A stretch of 64,000 nucleotides of DNA, from contig OZ365112.1 in the NCBI GenBank assembly GCA_977030845.1, positions 2,914,001 through 2,978,000 of the forward strand, given 5' to 3'. This DNA is from Fimbriosthenelais zetlandica. Taxonomy: Eukaryota. The translations under genes were made by a program, and so were the position numbers. The first letter of the stretch is position 1; every line of letters begins with the position of its first letter. The notes below the pieces were generated by a model. That model did no database searches, was not told where the DNA came from, and saw nothing but the letters and a program-made list of their open reading frames with translations. This document shows, piece after piece, positions 62,088 to 64,000 of this stretch.

Positions 62088-62949
62088 GTAAGTACTGAGA
62101 CCTTCCAAAAAATCTACTTAATTAGAAATCTGTTTTACCTTTTCTCTGAATATTCTGTGTCATATTTCATTTTCAGTTTTGTGGGCCTTTGTGGGTATTA
62201 TACACTACATTGATTGAACATCACTACATTGTCACAAACGGCTTTTACCAAGAACATTATCATGTCCACTATTATGGCCAGATTTTCTGATCGTCAAGGT
62301 ATATTTTATATATTTGTTGTATTGCCATTCCATGTTCTTATGCCATTATTGACATGAATGTGAATTGTGCCAATATAGACGCCTTTGTAAATGGCCCTGG
62401 TGTTCTCTGCAAAGGATATAACCATGAACAAGCAATCCTTGACCTGGGAGTTAGATTTTCTAAGCAATTTGTTTCCCCATAAATTTTGAGAATCACCATC
62501 TACGATAAGAGTTTGTTTTTATCAGACTGAGTCTCCCTGGAGCATCGTGTCTTATGATTCCCGTATCAGCAGGGTGGAGAGGTTAAGGGGAGCTGCTATG
62601 TGTCTTTTTATAAATTGATTATCTTAAGTACGCTTCATTGGAAGCTTGGGGAGTGTGGGCACGGGCGGCTGTCAGGCCTCGACCAGATATGATTAATCTG
62701 TGGAATAAGATTGATGTCATGTAGCCTCCTGTCAGGGAGAAATGGGTGAACATCCCAGCCTAGATGCATCACTCTGCTGTCTTAACATTTTAGGCCAGAA
62801 AAAAATCTTGGTTTTATTCAAGCAACTCTCTCTCCACCAAAATGCTCCCAGGTTCAATTCCCCAAGCATTCTTTGAATTTCTCATTGTCTTTCCCACCCA
62901 GTGCAGGTAACTGGGATGTTTAAGGCCAGCCATATCTCCTACTGTTTAT

Positions 62950-63235
62950 AGTGAGAGGCATGCAAAAGACCAGCTATGGCTCTCTGACTGTCTGTAGTGA
63001 GAGGCATGTAAAATGCTAGTCATGGCTCTGACTGTCTGTAGTGAGAGGCATGTAAAAGGCCAGTCATGGCTCTGACTATCTGTGGTGAGAGACATGTAAA
63101 AGGCCAGTCATGGCTCTGACTGTCTGTAGTGAGAGGCATGTAAAAGGCCAGCTATGGCTCCCACTTTCTTTGATGAGAGGCATGTAAAAGGGCAGTCATG
63201 TCTCCCACTGTCTGTGGTGAGAGACATATAAAACC
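62950..63235. repeat. ~43-bp minisatellite (gtgagaggcatgtaaaaggccagtcatggctctgactgtctgta)
   Basis: About 6-7 diverged tandem units. Confidence 0.9.
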
Positions 63236-63822
63236 ATTGCTGCCAACAGAGTATTTCATTCTGGGATGGCTCGAGAATTGCCGACTGGGCGATAAACAAC
63301 ACTGTACATGTATATTGAAAGTACTTTGAAATCACATCTACGATTTCCACACACTTCAGTAGCTTGGTATAGAGATTATTCTGGTTGGAGACCCAATGTG
63401 AAGCGTGATGGTAACAGGGTTTATAAAGCTTGCTTTACACGCTCACAAACAGACGTTGAAGTATTGGTAGACATAGAGATATGACAGGGTAGTTACTGTA
63501 TAAATGATAGCATGGAATCCAGCCCCGCAAACCCTCACACCATCCGGTACTCTCCTTTCATGCAAACAAACTGACTACTTTATAAATGTCCGGAGAAGAT
63601 GGAGTACAAACGATATCAGTGATAGATTGTCCTAATCAAAATACCCACAATAGGAAGTGAACGTTAGCAACCGCATCTTGATTATGTTCCCCAAGATATC
63701 AACCATGTGCATCTTTTGCCCATCACCGTCCATCACTGCTTGTAATTACAGATATTAGTCCGACTAATACACGGTCAAGGTTTCCTGAGTGAAAGCCCAG
63801 AAATGCCATCTCATTGCTTATT

Positions 63823-63891
63823 ACCGGAAGTGCTTATTTAGGCATGCGCAGATCGCGTCTAGTGACGTCACAAGATGGCGGCATGACGTCA
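63823..63891 (+). promoter_or_regulatory. Dense ETS / NRF1 / CRE / YY1 / CRE motif cluster
   Basis: ACCGGAAGTG (63823), GCATGCGCA (63842), TGACGTCA (63863), CAAGATGGCGGC (63871), TGACGTCA (63884). Confidence 0.55.
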
Positions 63892-64000
63892 TTATGACCG
63901 GAGGGTTCTGGTGGTTGTTAAGGAGCCATTGCTTAACGCACAGAAAATAGACTAAATCCATTGTCTTTTAGAGGCTTGAATAATCTTTTCTCTAATTCTT

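Noticed and set aside
1-64000. CRISPR array, rRNA, snRNA or intact transposase/RT genes
   Set aside because: All tandem arrays lack unique spacers, and no such genes or catalytic motifs were recognised.

Overview
Animal (invertebrate-like, AT-rich) genomic DNA, mostly intronic or intergenic and dense in MITEs, mini/microsatellites and decayed transposon pieces, with one 220-N assembly gap. Best-supported features: (1) A minus-strand, intron-containing CARD-domain gene (~31.5-25.3 kb). Its third exon is split by a 2,787-bp CACTA/EnSpm-like non-autonomous element (CACTG...CAGTG ends, TA target duplication, subterminal CACTGTT arrays); removing the element restores the reading frame exactly. (2) That element carries its own antisense spliced exons. 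(3) The whole CARD cassette sits between two diverged ~1.5-kb direct repeats (22192-23770 and 34245-35685). (4) An alternating tRNA-Leu(TAG)/(AAG) array of four genes plus a truncated fifth at 52.6-53.3 kb. (5) A probable PH-domain first coding exon at 62042. Most entries in the supplied ORF track are repeat-derived or antisense shadows. All homology calls are by eye; no database searches were run.
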